Counted from the first letter of the stretch, positions 46,908-56,841 are shown. The stretch: 64,000 nucleotides of DNA from Blastocatellia bacterium (GCA_033856235.1 JAWVFI010000078.1:6062-70061); one strand, 5' to 3'. Notes: a model not told the origin generated them from the sequence alone. Translations and numbers: made by a program.

Positions 46908-47055
46908 AGTTTCGAGTTTCGAGTTTCGAGTTTCGAGTTTTGGGTTTCGAGTTTTGGGTTACGAGTTACAGTTTCGGGTTTGGTTCGTTCGATCTGATTC
47001 CGACGTCATGAATTTTCGCTTTGAACTCGAAACTCGAAACTCGAAACCCGAAACT
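46908..47055. repeat. (AGTTTCG)n / (CGAAACT)n heptamer-word inverted repeat
   Basis: Four perfect agtttcg units plus about seven degenerate units (46908-46984) pair with cgaaact cgaaact cgaaacc cgaaact (47028-47055). Confidence 0.9.
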
Positions 47056-47063
47056 TCCCCGCC

Positions 47064-48725
47064 TTATCCAACTAAAAAATGCAATGTGGTTTCGCCCAGG
47101 CGGAGTTTGTCTCCACTGTCCAGCACCCGCGGTTGCCTGGGCGCCAGCCGGATTGCATCGTTAATGACTGTGCCATTGATCGAACCCAGGTCTTCGACCA
47201 GAAAGGTCTCGCCTTCGCGCCAAATCCGAGCATGCCGGCGCGACACTTTGGTTTCGGGATCAAAGCGCGAGAGATCCACTTCGGGAAAAATATTTGACTG
47301 CGGGTCCGTACGTCCCAATAGATTGCTTTCCTTCTGCAGATGAAACGAAGCATCAAGCTCTGTAGTTCCCGCTACAACCAGTTTTGCGGTTCCACGCGCC
47401 GCGACCACGGCCCCAGTCCCCATTCCGATCGGTTGTCGAGCGCCGCAATGGGCACAGAAAATATCGTCCGCAGCGATCCTGCCGCCACAGAAACCACAAT
47501 ACACAGTTTCCACCTTGACTGTTTCGCCGCCCAGGTCGTTGGCCGGCATTCCATAACTGACTTGTCCGGTCCCTAACTTTTCCAGGTGGGCCACCAATGT
47601 GTCGCGCATTTCCGCAGCCGAGCGAAAGCGGTTCTCAGGTTTGTATTCCACCGCCCGCATCAATATCCGTTCCATCTCCGTTGACATCGCCGGGTTGATC
47701 TGGCGCGGCCGGAGGTTTTTAGTGAAATCAAAGATCAGTAAGGGATTGTCCTGAGGATCGGCGCCAGTCGCTAGATGAAACAGGGTGGCGCCCAAGCTAT
47801 AAATATCCGATCGCGGTTCCACCTGGCCGCTAAACAACTCCGGCGGGGCGTATCCCATTGTGCCGACAGCAGTGACGCCTTTTTCCTGCTTGGTCACCCA
47901 ACGCGCTATGCCAAAGTCAATCAACATCACGCGGCCTGAGTTGCCGTCAATCATCAAATTTGCCGGTTTCAAGTCGCGGTAGATAATCGGCTTCGGTCGC
48001 GTGTGCAGGTAATGCAAGACATCGGCTATCTGGATTCCCCAATCGGTCACGTTCTTTTCGTCAACCCGGCCTCCCGGAGCGTTTCTAACCCGGGACGAAA
48101 AGTCGCCACCGGAAATATATTTCATCACCAGATAGAAGCGTCCGGCAGTTTCATCGTAGAAGTAATCGTAGATAGTCGGGATCGAAGCGTGCTCCAACGA
48201 AGTCAGCAAGAGAGATTCGCGCTTGAAATCACTGATTGCCTTTTCATGTTGCACGTCGTCAATGTGCGATTCGATCATTTCCTTGACGGCCCGCGGAGCG
48301 TCACCCAGATTTCGATCGCGCGCCAGGTACACCGCGCCCATGCCGCCGCCTCCGATGCGTCGCACTATTTCGTAGCGTCCATTCAAGCAAGTGCCCGCCT
48401 CCAGTTGCTTCGCCTTTGAGTGCTTGCTGGAACTCTCGTTCGCGCGGACGGTTGGTTGCACGGGAGGAACTGTATCGCCGTCGCCCAACAGGTCTCCGGT
48501 GGTTATGCTCCGGACAGCAGCTGAGACCCTTTGCTCGTGCGCATCGGTGATGTCCGCATCAGCGGTCGCCTCTGAATTTTCAGGAGAGACTGAGCTGATC
48601 GGAGGCGCGCCTCCTGAGGCGCCCGCTACGGCGGCAGCGCTCTGCTCCGACCGCGGCGTACCGCAGCTTCCGCAGAACTTTTCTTCGGGCGCCAAGGTCG
48701 CGCCGCATTCGCCGCAAATCGTCAT
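47064..48725 (-). CDS. Ser/Thr protein kinase with N-terminal zinc ribbon, internal zinc ribbon and C-terminal FHA domain
   Basis: CGECGATLAPEEKFCGSCG; kinase motifs IGGGGMGAVY, AVKEM, IIYRDLKPANL and DFGIAR; CGFCGGRIAADDIFCAHCG; and FHA (LLGRTDP...VSRRHARIWREGETFLVEDLGSINGT). Confidence 0.9.
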   Translation of the reverse strand: MTICGECGATLAPEEKFCGSCGTPRSEQSAAAVAGASGGAPPISSVSPENSEATADADITDAHEQRVSAAVRSITTGDLLGDGDTVPPVQPTVRANESSSKHSKAKQLEAGTCLNGRYEIVRRIGGGGMGAVYLARDRNLGDAPRAVKEMIESHIDDVQHEKAISDFKRESLLLTSLEHASIPTIYDYFYDETAGRFYLVMKYISGGDFSSRVRNAPGGRVDEKNVTDWGIQIADVLHYLHTRPKPIIYRDLKPANLMIDGNSGRVMLIDFGIARWVTKQEKGVTAVGTMGYAPPELFSGQVEPRSDIYSLGATLFHLATGADPQDNPLLIFDFTKNLRPRQINPAMSTEMERILMRAVEYKPENRFRSAAEMRDTLVAHLEKLGTGQVSYGMPANDLGGETVKVETVYCGFCGGRIAADDIFCAHCGARQPIGMGTGAVVAARGTAKLVVAGTTELDASFHLQKESNLLGRTDPQSNIFPEVDLSRFDPETKVSRRHARIWREGETFLVEDLGSINGTVINDAIRLAPRQPRVLDSGDKLRLGETTLHFLVG

Positions 48726-48792
48726 GACTTTAATAGTCGGTGATCGAACTCCACGGAAATAACGCAGTCAGGAAGTGCGTTGGCCACCCCTC

Positions 48793-49365
48793 CTACTTCG
48801 TCACGTGGAATCGTAAAAATGTCTTGCCGACGATTATCTCATCACCATCGCGCAGGGGCTGGGGGTCACCGGGTAATAGGCGCCGCCCGCGGTTTATGAA
48901 CGTTCCATTGGTTGAACCCAAGTCTTCAACCGCGTATCCACCTTCGCGCCTACTGATCCGCGCGTGCCGCCGGGACACCTTGGCCTCAGGATCATCGGCG
49001 TCGAGATCAATCTCCGGGAAAATGCCACCATCGGCGTCCCAGCGTCCAATCTGCGATTCATCCTCAGTCAGGGGGAATTTTTTGCCGGCCGAACGTCCTC
49101 GTTCGATCACCAAAGTCGCATGGGGCGCTTCCGCTACCGAAACCGGGGATGACGCGCCACTAAAGGCCGGCGCGAGGGCCGGCGATTCCGCTGCCTTGAC
49201 CTGGGCCGCGCCGCTGTTGGCAAACCGGCGGCCAGTTCCACTGCCAGTTTCCCCGGTACCGATCGACGTTCGGCCTTCGGCCCCGGCGTTCAGCGACGCC
49301 CCACAAGCGTCGCAATGCTGCGATCCGTCAAGGTTCTGCGTATTGCATGTTGCGCAAGTTGTCAT
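48793..49365 (-). CDS. Zinc-ribbon / FHA domain protein
   Basis: CATCNTQNLDGSQHCDACGASL, then a C-terminal FHA domain (QIGRWD...VSRRHARISRREGGYAVEDLGSTNGTFIN). Confidence 0.88.
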   Translation of the reverse strand: MTTCATCNTQNLDGSQHCDACGASLNAGAEGRTSIGTGETGSGTGRRFANSGAAQVKAAESPALAPAFSGASSPVSVAEAPHATLVIERGRSAGKKFPLTEDESQIGRWDADGGIFPEIDLDADDPEAKVSRRHARISRREGGYAVEDLGSTNGTFINRGRRLLPGDPQPLRDGDEIIVGKTFLRFHVTK

Positions 49366-49487
49366 AAGATTAACACCCCGTGTATGTGGGAGTGGCCGGC
49401 AGCGTCAGTCTGCTTGCGGGAGACGCCAGCGTAATACGCGAAGAAAACGCCACATTGTAGCGCGAAAGATTCAAGCCGCCAACGAGA

Positions 49488-49691
49488 CTTCGGGTCAGTT
49501 AGTGGGTCAGTTTGAAAATCTCATTAGCACCGCACTTCAGTGCGGTGATCTGGGTGGGAGATGATCTCGCGAACCGTTTTAACGGTTTACTGAGGAGAAA
49601 CCGTTGAAACGGTTAAGCATCAATGCCCGTTTATGAACACCTGACTGTAGTCAGGTGCTAATGAGACTCAAAACTGACCTGCTACTTCGGG
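49488..49691. repeat. Complex four-hairpin palindromic element
   Basis: The outer arms are ggtcagtttgaaaatctcattagcacc and ggtgctaatgagactcaaaactgacc. The hairpins are caccgcacttcagtgcggtg (49528-49547), aaccgttttaacggtt (49572-49587), aaccgttgaaacggtt (49599-49614) and cacctgactgtagtcaggtg (49638-49657). Confidence 0.85.
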
Positions 49692-49856
49692 TGGATACGC
49701 AGGCGGTTCTGACCCTTTGGCGCTGATAAATGAAACCGCGGGCTCGATTCGCTCGTAAAAACATCTCTAGCGCGAAAATGCCCGCAGCGTGCCTTCAAGA
49801 TTCACTACGCGCCCGGCGGCGAACCTAACTACCAGAAAAAGGACAGAAAGCTAATC

Positions 49857-51371
49857 ATGGCTTTAACGCGGAAGAAAAAAATCATTATCGGGGTGGCCGC
49901 GGTGGCAGTGCTGGCCATTATCGTCATCATCAGTGTCTTTGCCAGCCGCAAAGAAGAGGCCGACGTCTCCTCAGTAAAAGTTGAGGTGCGGCCAGAGCTT
50001 CGTTCAACTGTAACGGCCTCAGGGGAAGTCAGGCCGGTGCGCTACATCAAGCTGACGAGCGAGGTGGCCGGACGCATTGAAGAGATTTACGTCAATCCCG
50101 GTGATCAAGTGACACTGGGCAAACCGGTAGTGCGGGTTGATCCGACGCAATTGCAATCCAGCCAGGAAGCGCAGTTTGCCGCCACCCAGGCGTCACTCAA
50201 CGACATTCAAAGTTCGCGCAATGCGGTGGCCCAGGCCGAACAGGGGCTGGTGGTTTCCGAAACCGCCGTGGCCCAGGCACGTCAGGGCTTAGTGGCATCA
50301 CAGACAGTCGTGGATCGCGCCCAAATCGATTTGAACACTGCCGCGCGCGAACTGAAACGAGTCACCGACTTGATCGAATCCGGCGTCGCTTCGCGTTCGG
50401 AGTACGATGCCGCCAAGGACCGTCACGAGCAGGCAAAGATTTCCCTCAACACTGCCAGAGCAAATCTGGAATCACAAAGACTTGCAATTAAGGAAGCGAT
50501 GGACCGCGCGAACTCGCAACGGGTCGCGGTGAAGGATGCCAGAAATAGCGTGCGTACCAGCGAGATGCGCGCCAATCAGCAACAAGCGCTGTTGCGCGGC
50601 AGTTCCAGCCAGCGCTCAAAGGCAACTCAGCTTTCGCCGCTGAACGGCGTGGTGGCCGACATTCCAGTTCGCGTCGGAGAATACGCGGTGGCCAGTCTTT
50701 CCAGCACTCCGCTAATGACCATTGCCGACATGTCCACAATCAATGTAGAGGTCAACGTCGATGAGACTGAAATCTCGAATGTGGAAGTGGGCCAGCAAGT
50801 GAAAATCAAGGTGGATGCCCTCGGTGATAAGGACGTCAAAGGTGTGGTGGTGCAAAAAAACCCCCTGGCCGTTTCAAAGTCAGATACGCAGGGCGGGCTT
50901 TCCAATCGAGTCAATGTTCAGGAAGCCAAAGAATTCAAAGTCACCATCCAGGTGGACAACGGCATGCCGGACGACATCCGCAGTGCCCTTCGTCCGGGCA
51001 TGAGCGCCACCGCCACTATCACTACCAAAACCAGAAACAACGTGATCGCAGTCCCGCTGCAAGCCATCGTGGAAAAAGCGCCTCCGAGCCCGTCACCAAC
51101 AATCGCGGGCAGCGCGCCCACTCCGGTGCCAACTGAGAAGCGTAAAGACATCAAAGGCGTTTACCTGCTGCAAGTGGGCAAAGCAAAGTTCGTTGAAGTC
51201 ACCACCGGAATTACCGGCGAATCCGACATCGAGATCCTCAGCGGAGTGAAGACCGGAGATGAGGTCATCACCGGGCCCAGCCGCGTGCTCAAGACATTGA
51301 AAGACGGAGCCACCGTGAAACGCCAGACGCATAAGGCCAGCGAGAACGCCAACGCGGGCGGAGGAAGTTAA
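49857..51371 (+). CDS. Efflux periplasmic adaptor subunit (HlyD/MacA-like membrane fusion protein)
   Basis: N-terminal TM anchor, the lipoyl-like motif [26 protein letters not shown], a long alpha-hairpin coiled coil, and beta-barrel/MP domains. It is upstream of ABC ATPase and FtsX permease genes. Confidence 0.88.
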   Translation: MALTRKKKIIIGVAAVAVLAIIVIISVFASRKEEADVSSVKVEVRPELRSTVTASGEVRPVRYIKLTSEVAGRIEEIYVNPGDQVTLGKPVVRVDPTQLQSSQEAQFAATQASLNDIQSSRNAVAQAEQGLVVSETAVAQARQGLVASQTVVDRAQIDLNTAARELKRVTDLIESGVASRSEYDAAKDRHEQAKISLNTARANLESQRLAIKEAMDRANSQRVAVKDARNSVRTSEMRANQQQALLRGSSSQRSKATQLSPLNGVVADIPVRVGEYAVASLSSTPLMTIADMSTINVEVNVDETEISNVEVGQQVKIKVDALGDKDVKGVVVQKNPLAVSKSDTQGGLSNRVNVQEAKEFKVTIQVDNGMPDDIRSALRPGMSATATITTKTRNNVIAVPLQAIVEKAPPSPSPTIAGSAPTPVPTEKRKDIKGVYLLQVGKAKFVEVTTGITGESDIEILSGVKTGDEVITGPSRVLKTLKDGATVKRQTHKASENANAGGGS

Positions 51372-52141
51372 TGAGCGAAGCGACGACAGCGCCACCCATA
51401 GCGCCGGACTCAATCGTTCAAACGGAAACTCCCGCTGTCACGCCGGTGATCGGCTCGGACACGCTGATCCTGATGCGCGATTTGTGGAAGACGTACGAGA
51501 TGGGCGCCGAAAAAGTACACGCGCTGCACGGGGTAACCTTCGAAGTGACGCGCGGCGAGTACCTGGCCATCACCGGGCCGTCCGGCTCAGGCAAGTCAAC
51601 TTTGATGAACCTGATTGGATGCCTGGATACACCGTCGCAGGGTGAGTACTGGCTCAATGGCAAGAACGTCTCGGAGATGGATGACGACGACCTGGCCCGC
51701 ATTCGCAATCAGGAAATTGGGTTTGTCTTTCAGACCTTCAATCTGCTGGCGCGAGCGACCGCGCTGCATAACGTCGAGCTGCCGCTAATCTATGGCGGCG
51801 TGGGCTCGGCGGCGCGTCACGAGATGGCAAAGAAGGCGCTGGCCTCCGTCGATCTCAGTGATCGCGTCATGCACAAGCCAAACGAGCTCTCCGGCGGCCA
51901 ACGTCAGAGAGTCGCCATCGCGCGGGCCCTGGTTAACCACCCATCAATTCTGCTGGCGGACGAACCGACCGGCGCCCTGGACACACATACCAGTTACGAG
52001 ATCATGAACCTTTTCGAACGGCTGCACGCGGAAGGCAATACGATAATCGTGGTCACTCACGAACACGATATTGCCGCGAGGGCACACCGCGTAATCGCCA
52101 TCCGCGACGGACAAATCGAGAAGGACGAACGGATCAGATGA
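51371..52141 (+). CDS. ABC transporter ATP-binding protein (MacB/LolD-type)
   Basis: Walker [10 protein letters not shown], signature [15 protein letters not shown], Walker [16 protein letters not shown] overlap with the adaptor gene stop. Confidence 0.93.
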   Translation: MSEATTAPPIAPDSIVQTETPAVTPVIGSDTLILMRDLWKTYEMGAEKVHALHGVTFEVTRGEYLAITGPSGSGKSTLMNLIGCLDTPSQGEYWLNGKNVSEMDDDDLARIRNQEIGFVFQTFNLLARATALHNVELPLIYGGVGSAARHEMAKKALASVDLSDRVMHKPNELSGGQRQRVAIARALVNHPSILLADEPTGALDTHTSYEIMNLFERLHAEGNTIIVVTHEHDIAARAHRVIAIRDGQIEKDERIR

Positions 52142-52142
52142 G

Positions 52143-52167
52143 TAGCACAGGCATTCCTGCCTGTCCC
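52143..52167. repeat. GTAG-headed hairpin (ACAGGC-attcct-GCCTGT)
   Basis: gtagcacaggcattcctgcctgtccc lies between the ABC ATPase and the first permease. It belongs to the same family as gtaggacaggcattcttgcctgtcc at 63658-63684. Confidence 0.8.
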
Positions 52168-52213
52168 TTTGCGGCGTGCGACCCACAACCCGCACCCCAG
52201 CCGATCTACGCAA

Positions 52214-53497
52214 ATGCTTGTCAATATTAGACAGGCACAAAAGCCTAAACGTCGCCGGTTCGCCGCCCTCTGGGAATCCTTTCGCGTATCCGCCGGAAGC
52301 TTGCGCGCCAACAAACTGCGCAGCTCCCTCACCCTGGTCGGTATTGTCGTCGGCGTCACTGCCGTAATCGCCGTAGTCACGATCATTAAAGGCCTGGATC
52401 AGACGGTCGCCACAACCTTTTCCTCCCAGGGCTCGACGGTCTTTACCGTTTCCAAGAAACCTCGCGTGATAACTTCGCGGGAAGATTTCATCAGGTTCAA
52501 CAAGCGTAAGGACGTCACAATGGACGATGCCGAGGCGATTTTTCGTCTTTGCAGTGTTTGCTGGCGCACCGGCGTTGCCGCTAATTCATTAGAGACGGTC
52601 AAGCGACGTGATAAGAGCTCGGAGAATGTCGCCGTGCGCGGGATCACTCCGGTGGCCATGTTCGACATCGACGCGGTCACCATTGACGCCGGTCGCATCT
52701 GGAGCGAAAGCGAAGGCGCTTCGGGGCGAGAGCTCTGCGTGGTCGGGGCTGATATTGGAGAGAATCTTTTTGGCTCCGAGGTTCCGGATCGTCTCATCGG
52801 ACAAAAAGTGAATGTAGGCGGGCGTCCTTATGAAATCGTCGGCGTCCTGCAAAGGCTGGGAAAGATTTTTGGTCAGTCCCGCGACAATATTGTCTATGTC
52901 CCGTATTCAAACTACCAGAAGAATTTTGGCGCGCGCGATTCCCTTGTAGTCTTCGTGAAGACCGCGGCGGCCGCCGATTTGGAAGAAACTGAAGATCAGG
53001 TACGGGCCATCATGCGCTCCCGGCGCGGCAAGCTCTTTGACGCCGGAGATGAGGGTTTCACTCTTGAGACTCAGGACGTGTTCATCGATCTCTACAAGAA
53101 AGCGACTGAGAACATTTACTTTGTTACCTACGGCGTAGCCATCATTGCCCTGTTTGTGGGCGGCATCGTGGTGATGAATATCATGCTGGTGTCTGTCACT
53201 GAACGGACGAAGGAGATTGGGATTCGCAAAGCCGTCGGCGCGCGCCAGAAAGATATCCGCGTCCAGTTCCTGATTGAGGCGATTACCGTCACGGCTGTCG
53301 GCGGTGCAATCGGAGTCATAACCGGCTTCGGCCTGGCTTACCTGCTGGCGCTGGCAATGGGTTTTCCGCTTCTGATCAGCCCCTGGTCCGCGGTGTTGGG
53401 TGTGGGTGTATCTTCGGTCGTGGGAGTCATCTTCGGCCTCTGGCCGGCTTGGCGCGCCGCTCGACTTGATCCAATCGAAGCCCTGCGGAAGGAATAG
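52214..53497 (+). CDS. ABC transporter permease, MacB/FtsX family (paralogue 1)
   Basis: LRANKLRSSLTLVGIVVGV N-terminal TM, a periplasmic MacB_PCD-like domain, and the FtsX motif MLVSVTERTKEIGIRKAVGA. I prefer the ATG at 52214 over the TTG at 52169 by comparison with the paralogues. Confidence 0.88.
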   Translation: MLVNIRQAQKPKRRRFAALWESFRVSAGSLRANKLRSSLTLVGIVVGVTAVIAVVTIIKGLDQTVATTFSSQGSTVFTVSKKPRVITSREDFIRFNKRKDVTMDDAEAIFRLCSVCWRTGVAANSLETVKRRDKSSENVAVRGITPVAMFDIDAVTIDAGRIWSESEGASGRELCVVGADIGENLFGSEVPDRLIGQKVNVGGRPYEIVGVLQRLGKIFGQSRDNIVYVPYSNYQKNFGARDSLVVFVKTAAAADLEETEDQVRAIMRSRRGKLFDAGDEGFTLETQDVFIDLYKKATENIYFVTYGVAIIALFVGGIVVMNIMLVSVTERTKEIGIRKAVGARQKDIRVQFLIEAITVTAVGGAIGVITGFGLAYLLALAMGFPLLISPWSAVLGVGVSSVVGVIFGLWPAWRAARLDPIEALRKE

Positions 53498-53500
53498 ATA

Positions 53501-53588
53501 ATGTCCGACAAACTTCAGTTTGTCGTCACATTCGTGAGGACGAACAAGATTTAGCAGCGCGGCCGACAAACTGAAGTTTGTCGGACAT
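53501..53588. repeat. Palindromic doublet (CGACAAACT-TCAG/GAAG-TTTGTCG hairpins)
   Basis: atgtccgacaaacttcagtttgtcg (53501-53525) pairs with ccgacaaactgaagtttgtcggacat (53563-53588). It lies between permease paralogues 1 and 2. Confidence 0.85.
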
Positions 53589-53600
53589 GTTGAAGCAATC

Positions 53601-54845
53601 ATGAAATTCGAGGATGTCAAAGAATCCGCCTGGATGGCGATCGACACGTTGCGCAATAACAAAGTGCGCTCCGGACTGACCATCCTCGGGGTCAGCGTCG
53701 GGGTAATCACCGTGGTGCTGATGGTGGGCATTATTCAGGGACTGAACAAAGCCTTTGCCGATCAAATTGAGGCCCTCGGCTCCAACGCGATTTGGGCCAC
53801 AAAGTTCGATCCCAGCTTCGGACACCAGCCCGGGCCGGAAGAGTTGCACCGCAAAGATCTGACACTCGCAGATGCCGATGCGATTCGGCAGGAAGCGCCG
53901 TCGGTGCTCAGCGTTTCGCCTATCCATCGCAAGATTGCCGAGACAGTGCGGTACGCCGAGAAACAATCGGACACGCCAATTCTGATCGGGGCAACTCCTT
54001 ACTACGAATTTACGCAATCCAGTTACGTGTCGCACGGACATTTCATAACCGAGCAAGACATCAGGGAACGCACCAACGTTTGCGTCCTGGGCCAGGATCT
54101 GGTGCGCGCGCTCTTTCCATTCGAAGAACCGCTGGGCAAAGAATTAAAGCTGCAGGGGCGGCCCTTTCGGGTAGTCGGGGTCATGGAACCGCTCGGTAAT
54201 TTCCTGGGCCAATCGCGTGACAACTCGATCTTTGTTCCCATCACGACCTTCGAGAAATACTATCCGGATCCGCAGCCATTTCCCGAGGTTGTATTTGTGA
54301 TCATCGTGCGGCCCAAGTCGCGGGCCTATGTGAAGTCAGCGATCGACGAGATGACGGACATTCTGCGGCGTCGCCGGCGCGTACCCACGGGCGAGCCAAA
54401 CACGTTCGGCATTTCTTCCCAGGACGCGCTGCTGGATATTTACAATCAACTTACCGGCGCCACCGCCCTGGTGTTGACTGCGATTTCCTTCGTCGCGCTG
54501 ATGATTGGCGGCATCGGCGTAATGAACATCATGCTGGTATCTGTGACTGAGAGAACGAAAGAAATCGGATTGCGCAAAGCGGTGGGCGCCACGCGTTTTA
54601 ATATCCTTTCGCAGTTTCTGATTGAGGCAGTTTGGCTGACTGCGATCGGCGGTATTTTGGGTTTGGCCATCGGCGAGGTGGGCAGCCTGCTCATTAACAA
54701 GTATTCGCCGCTGCCTGCGTTTGTCCCCGCGTGGGCCCTCGGCATGGGGGTCGGCATCTCCGCCGGAGTCGGAATCATCTTTGGGCTGTGGCCGGCATGG
54801 AAAGCAGCGCGCCTCGATCCGATCGAGTCGCTGCGATATGAGTAA
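53601..54845 (+). CDS. ABC transporter permease, MacB/FtsX family (paralogue 2)
   Basis: LRNNKVRSGLTILGV, MLVSVTERTKEIGLRKAVGA, and C-terminal WPAWKAARLDPIESLRYE. Confidence 0.9.
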   Translation: MKFEDVKESAWMAIDTLRNNKVRSGLTILGVSVGVITVVLMVGIIQGLNKAFADQIEALGSNAIWATKFDPSFGHQPGPEELHRKDLTLADADAIRQEAPSVLSVSPIHRKIAETVRYAEKQSDTPILIGATPYYEFTQSSYVSHGHFITEQDIRERTNVCVLGQDLVRALFPFEEPLGKELKLQGRPFRVVGVMEPLGNFLGQSRDNSIFVPITTFEKYYPDPQPFPEVVFVIIVRPKSRAYVKSAIDEMTDILRRRRRVPTGEPNTFGISSQDALLDIYNQLTGATALVLTAISFVALMIGGIGVMNIMLVSVTERTKEIGLRKAVGATRFNILSQFLIEAVWLTAIGGILGLAIGEVGSLLINKYSPLPAFVPAWALGMGVGISAGVGIIFGLWPAWKAARLDPIESLRYE

Positions 54846-54846
54846 C

Positions 54847-54986
54847 CTTTTTGGAGTGCGCTGACCTGTCAGCGCTTTGTCCGGACGCGACCGGTCGCGA
54901 CCATCTTAGACTGCGATCCCGGCAAAGAAACGCGGCGCCAAGCCGCCGCTGACCAAAGCGGCGACAGGTCGCCGCACTCCAAAGGG
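54847..54986. repeat. Palindromic doublet (GGAGTGCGSYGACCTGTCRSCGCTTTG)
   Basis: ctttttggagtgcgctgacctgtcagcgctttgtcc (54847-54882) pairs with gaccaaagcggcgacaggtcgccgcactccaaaggg (54951-54986). An inner gcgaccggtcgc palindrome is present. It lies between permease paralogues 2 and 3. Confidence 0.85.
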
Positions 54987-55038
54987 CGGCCCCCACCGTG
55001 CAACTCAATTGCTGTAGCCCGCGTAATACACGGTACTA

Positions 55039-56280
<1,242 letters not shown>

Positions 56281-56282
56281 AA

Positions 56283-56326
56283 CCCGTGAACTGTAAACCG
56301 TAAACCGTAAACCGTGAACCGTAAAT
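56283..56326. repeat. GTAAACC/GTGAACC heptamer-word arm, left flank of the four-helix-bundle gene
   Basis: cccgtgaactgtaaaccgtaaaccgtaaaccgtgaaccgtaaata. It is the reverse complement of the tract at 56787-56841. Confidence 0.9.
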
Positions 56327-56408
56327 ACAAAAGCACTGTGAGAATCATTTTGGAGATTTCTTAAACTGTTGAAGCTCGCCCCTTCATCATTGCCTAAAGG
56401 AGTTAACG

Positions 56409-56780
56409 ATGCGACCACATGAAAAGCTTGATGTGTGGAGGAAGGCAATTGAGTTTGTTCTGGCGGTTTACAAAGCAACGGAGGGTTTTCCCAAGGAAGA
56501 GAAATTCGGCTTAACATCACAGGTAAGACGCGCTGCTGTATCAATCCCTGCCAACCTGGCCGAAGGCGCTGCGAGAAGCTCGCGCAAAGAGTTCGCTCAT
56601 TTCATCTCTAATGCTCAAGGATCGGCAAGCGAAGTTGAGACAGAACTACTAATCGCCTACCGCCTGGGTTATCTCCCAGAGGAAGAGTATTCCTCGTTAA
56701 GGAAGGCTCATGATGACTTGGGTAAGATGTTGAATGGGCTATCCCGGCATATACGCCAGCGAATAGGCAACAGTTCTTAA
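56409..56780 (+). CDS. Four-helix-bundle protein (23S rRNA intervening-sequence protein / Avd-like family)
   Basis: HEKLDVWRKAIEFVLAVYKATEGFPKEEKFGLTSQVRRAAVSIPANLAEGAAR...GSASEVETELLIAYRLGYL is the typical signature of this family. aaggag precedes the ATG. It is flanked by heptamer inverted repeats. Confidence 0.9.
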   Translation: MRPHEKLDVWRKAIEFVLAVYKATEGFPKEEKFGLTSQVRRAAVSIPANLAEGAARSSRKEFAHFISNAQGSASEVETELLIAYRLGYLPEEEYSSLRKAHDDLGKMLNGLSRHIRQRIGNSS

Positions 56781-56786
56781 ACCCAT

Positions 56787-56841
56787 CCCGGTTTACGGTT
56801 TACGGTTCACGGTTTACGGTTCACGGTTCACGGTTCACGGG
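56787..56841. repeat. GGTTTAC/GGTTCAC heptamer-word arm, right flank of the four-helix-bundle gene
   Basis: cccggtttacggtttacggttcacggtttacggttcacggttcacggttcacggg. Confidence 0.9.

Noticed and set aside
46334-47055. A CRISPR array, given the tandem short repeats.
   Set aside because: The units are 7 nt and directly abutting, with no 25-40-nt repeats, no unique spacers and no cas genes in the window.
43113-49365. A type VI secretion post-translational regulatory module (Fha/PpkA/PppA).
   Set aside because: No T6SS structural genes (tssA-M, hcp, vgrG) occur in the window, and the domain fusions (zinc ribbons, GAF) differ from the T6SS regulators.
56283-56841. A diversity-generating retroelement, because the four-helix-bundle protein is Avd-like.
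   Set aside because: No reverse transcriptase gene is present, and no template/variable repeat pair with adenine-specific differences is visible anywhere in the window.
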